Shown piece after piece: positions 62,531-64,000 of a DNA stretch of 64,000 nucleotides. The notes beneath the pieces are model-generated. The model did no database searches, was not told the DNA's origin, and worked only from the letters and a program-made list of their open reading frames with translations. The first letter of the stretch is position 1. The number at the start of each line of letters is the position of its first letter. The position numbers and the translations under genes are program-made. The stretch spans positions 14,756,001 to 14,820,000 of the forward strand of contig OX597822.1 in assembly GCA_951406725.2 (NCBI GenBank). Reading direction: 5' to 3'. The DNA is from Octopus vulgaris (lineage: Eukaryota).

Positions 62531-63790
62531 GGAAGAAGCTTCTAACACTGATGTCATATACCTTGATTGCAGCAAGGCATTTGACCGAGTGGACGACAAA
62601 ACCCAGCTGAAGAAACTGTCCAACATTGGAGTTCGTGGAAAGCTGGTGCAGTGGATAAAGTGTTTCCTGACGAACAGAACGCAACACGTTGTGCTCGAGG
62701 GAATACGATCCAGCTCAGCCAAAGTTAGTAAGTGGTGTCCTACAAGGTGCTGTGTTGGGCCCACTCCTCTTCATTATCTACATCAATGACATGGTGGACG
62801 TCATCAAACATTCTACATTGAAAATCTTTGCAGATGATTCCAAACTCCAGAAAGCCATAAGCGGTATGGGAGACAGAACATGCCTTCAGTCGGATCTGTT
62901 TACTGTTGTCCAATGGGCGGGAAAAAAACAATATGCTTCTAAATGAAGATAAGTTTAATTTGATCCACTTTGGGAAGGAGGTTACTCTGAAAGTAATATG
63001 TGCCCTTACCTCGGGTGACTCCCTAGTGTCTTCCAACAACACCACAGACCTTGGAGTAACTGTTGATAACAATTTAAGCTGGAGTTCCCATGTAAACACG
63101 AAGGTTGACGTGACCCGCAAGATGTGCTCCTGGATTCTAAGGACTTTCCGGTCTAGAGATGCCCATACTATCATCCTTCTCTACTCTACTTTTGTTTGAC
63201 CGACCCCGCCTTGAATACTGCTGCCCACTGTGGTGGTCTCTCCACACGAAGTAACTCATTATGAAAGTAGAAGTACTCCAGAGGTCCATAACAAGAAAGG
63301 TAGACGGCATGAGATGCATTGATTATTGGGGTCGACTAAGAAATTCAATCTCTACTCTTTCCAACGCCACCATCATTTGTGTGATGTGGAAAACATTCCA
63401 TCAATATTGCACAAATGATATTGGCATCAATTTTAAAATCCATTCAAAACTTGGCCCCCATGCTATACCCCCGCTACAAAATCGATCTCAGGCCACATAG
63501 CAACATTACGTCACAATTACTTTACCTCAACTGGTCCAGCTCCCTTTAATACCAAAATACGTCAAAACGGAAACGGTTCTCATAAAATACAAATGTTCAC
63601 TGGACAAATTTCTTCAAAAAATCCTAGACCAACCTCCTACACCCGGATATGTCTCCAACAATAATAGCTCTTTGTTAGAGTGGGCTATGGTGCCTCATGT
63701 ATGACTAAAACCCTTCCCCAGGTGGTGCTATTAAGTTAGACATGGCCTGGGCTTTTACTGGCCGAAACCTATCAAAGTTATCAAAATTAT
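62531..63790 (+). mobile_element. 5'-truncated CR1-group LINE (RT region + 3' end)
   Basis: YLDCSKAFDRV, SGVLQGAVLGPLLFIIYIND, IFADDSKL, DLGVTVDNNLSW, RPRLEYC; frameshifted. Confidence 0.9.
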
Positions 63791-63848
63791 ATATGTATAC
63801 ATATATGTATACATGTATGTACATAGATCTATGTCTGTCTGTCTGTCA

Positions 63849-63942
<94 letters not shown>

Positions 63943-64000
63943 TAATATATATATATATATATAAATAGTAAAGGGGTAAAGACCCCCTTCGGTCATGAAT

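Overview
AT-rich, microsatellite-dense animal genomic DNA with spliceosomal introns. The SINE and repeat families look like octopus (coleoid cephalopod); this is inferred from recalled families, not from a search. The host genes form an SLC16/monocarboxylate-transporter-like (MFS) cluster. Copy 1 (+) has three exons in the window (603-746, 2881-3984, 5654-5814). Tandem copy 2 (+) is probably complete at about 556 aa (23479?-32783). The last two exons of a more distant convergent member lie on the minus strand (55245-55195, 52786-52542); the ORF track does not resolve them. The rest is mostly mobile DNA. (i) A head-to-tail train of several restriction-like-endonuclease (R4/Dong-type) non-LTR retrotransposon ends sits in (AAT)n tracts at about 6.8-14.7 kb and on both sides of a ~7.7 kb noisy (AAT)n tract before a 100-N gap. 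(ii) Several Penelope-like fragments carry minimal hammerhead-ribozyme motifs, including a near-perfect ~385-bp palindrome with two mirror-image hammerheads. (iii) There are also five mariner relics, a non-autonomous Helitron, a CR1-type LINE and many tRNA-derived SINEs. Most ORFs in the track are translated microsatellites. Repeat boundaries are read by eye and approximate.
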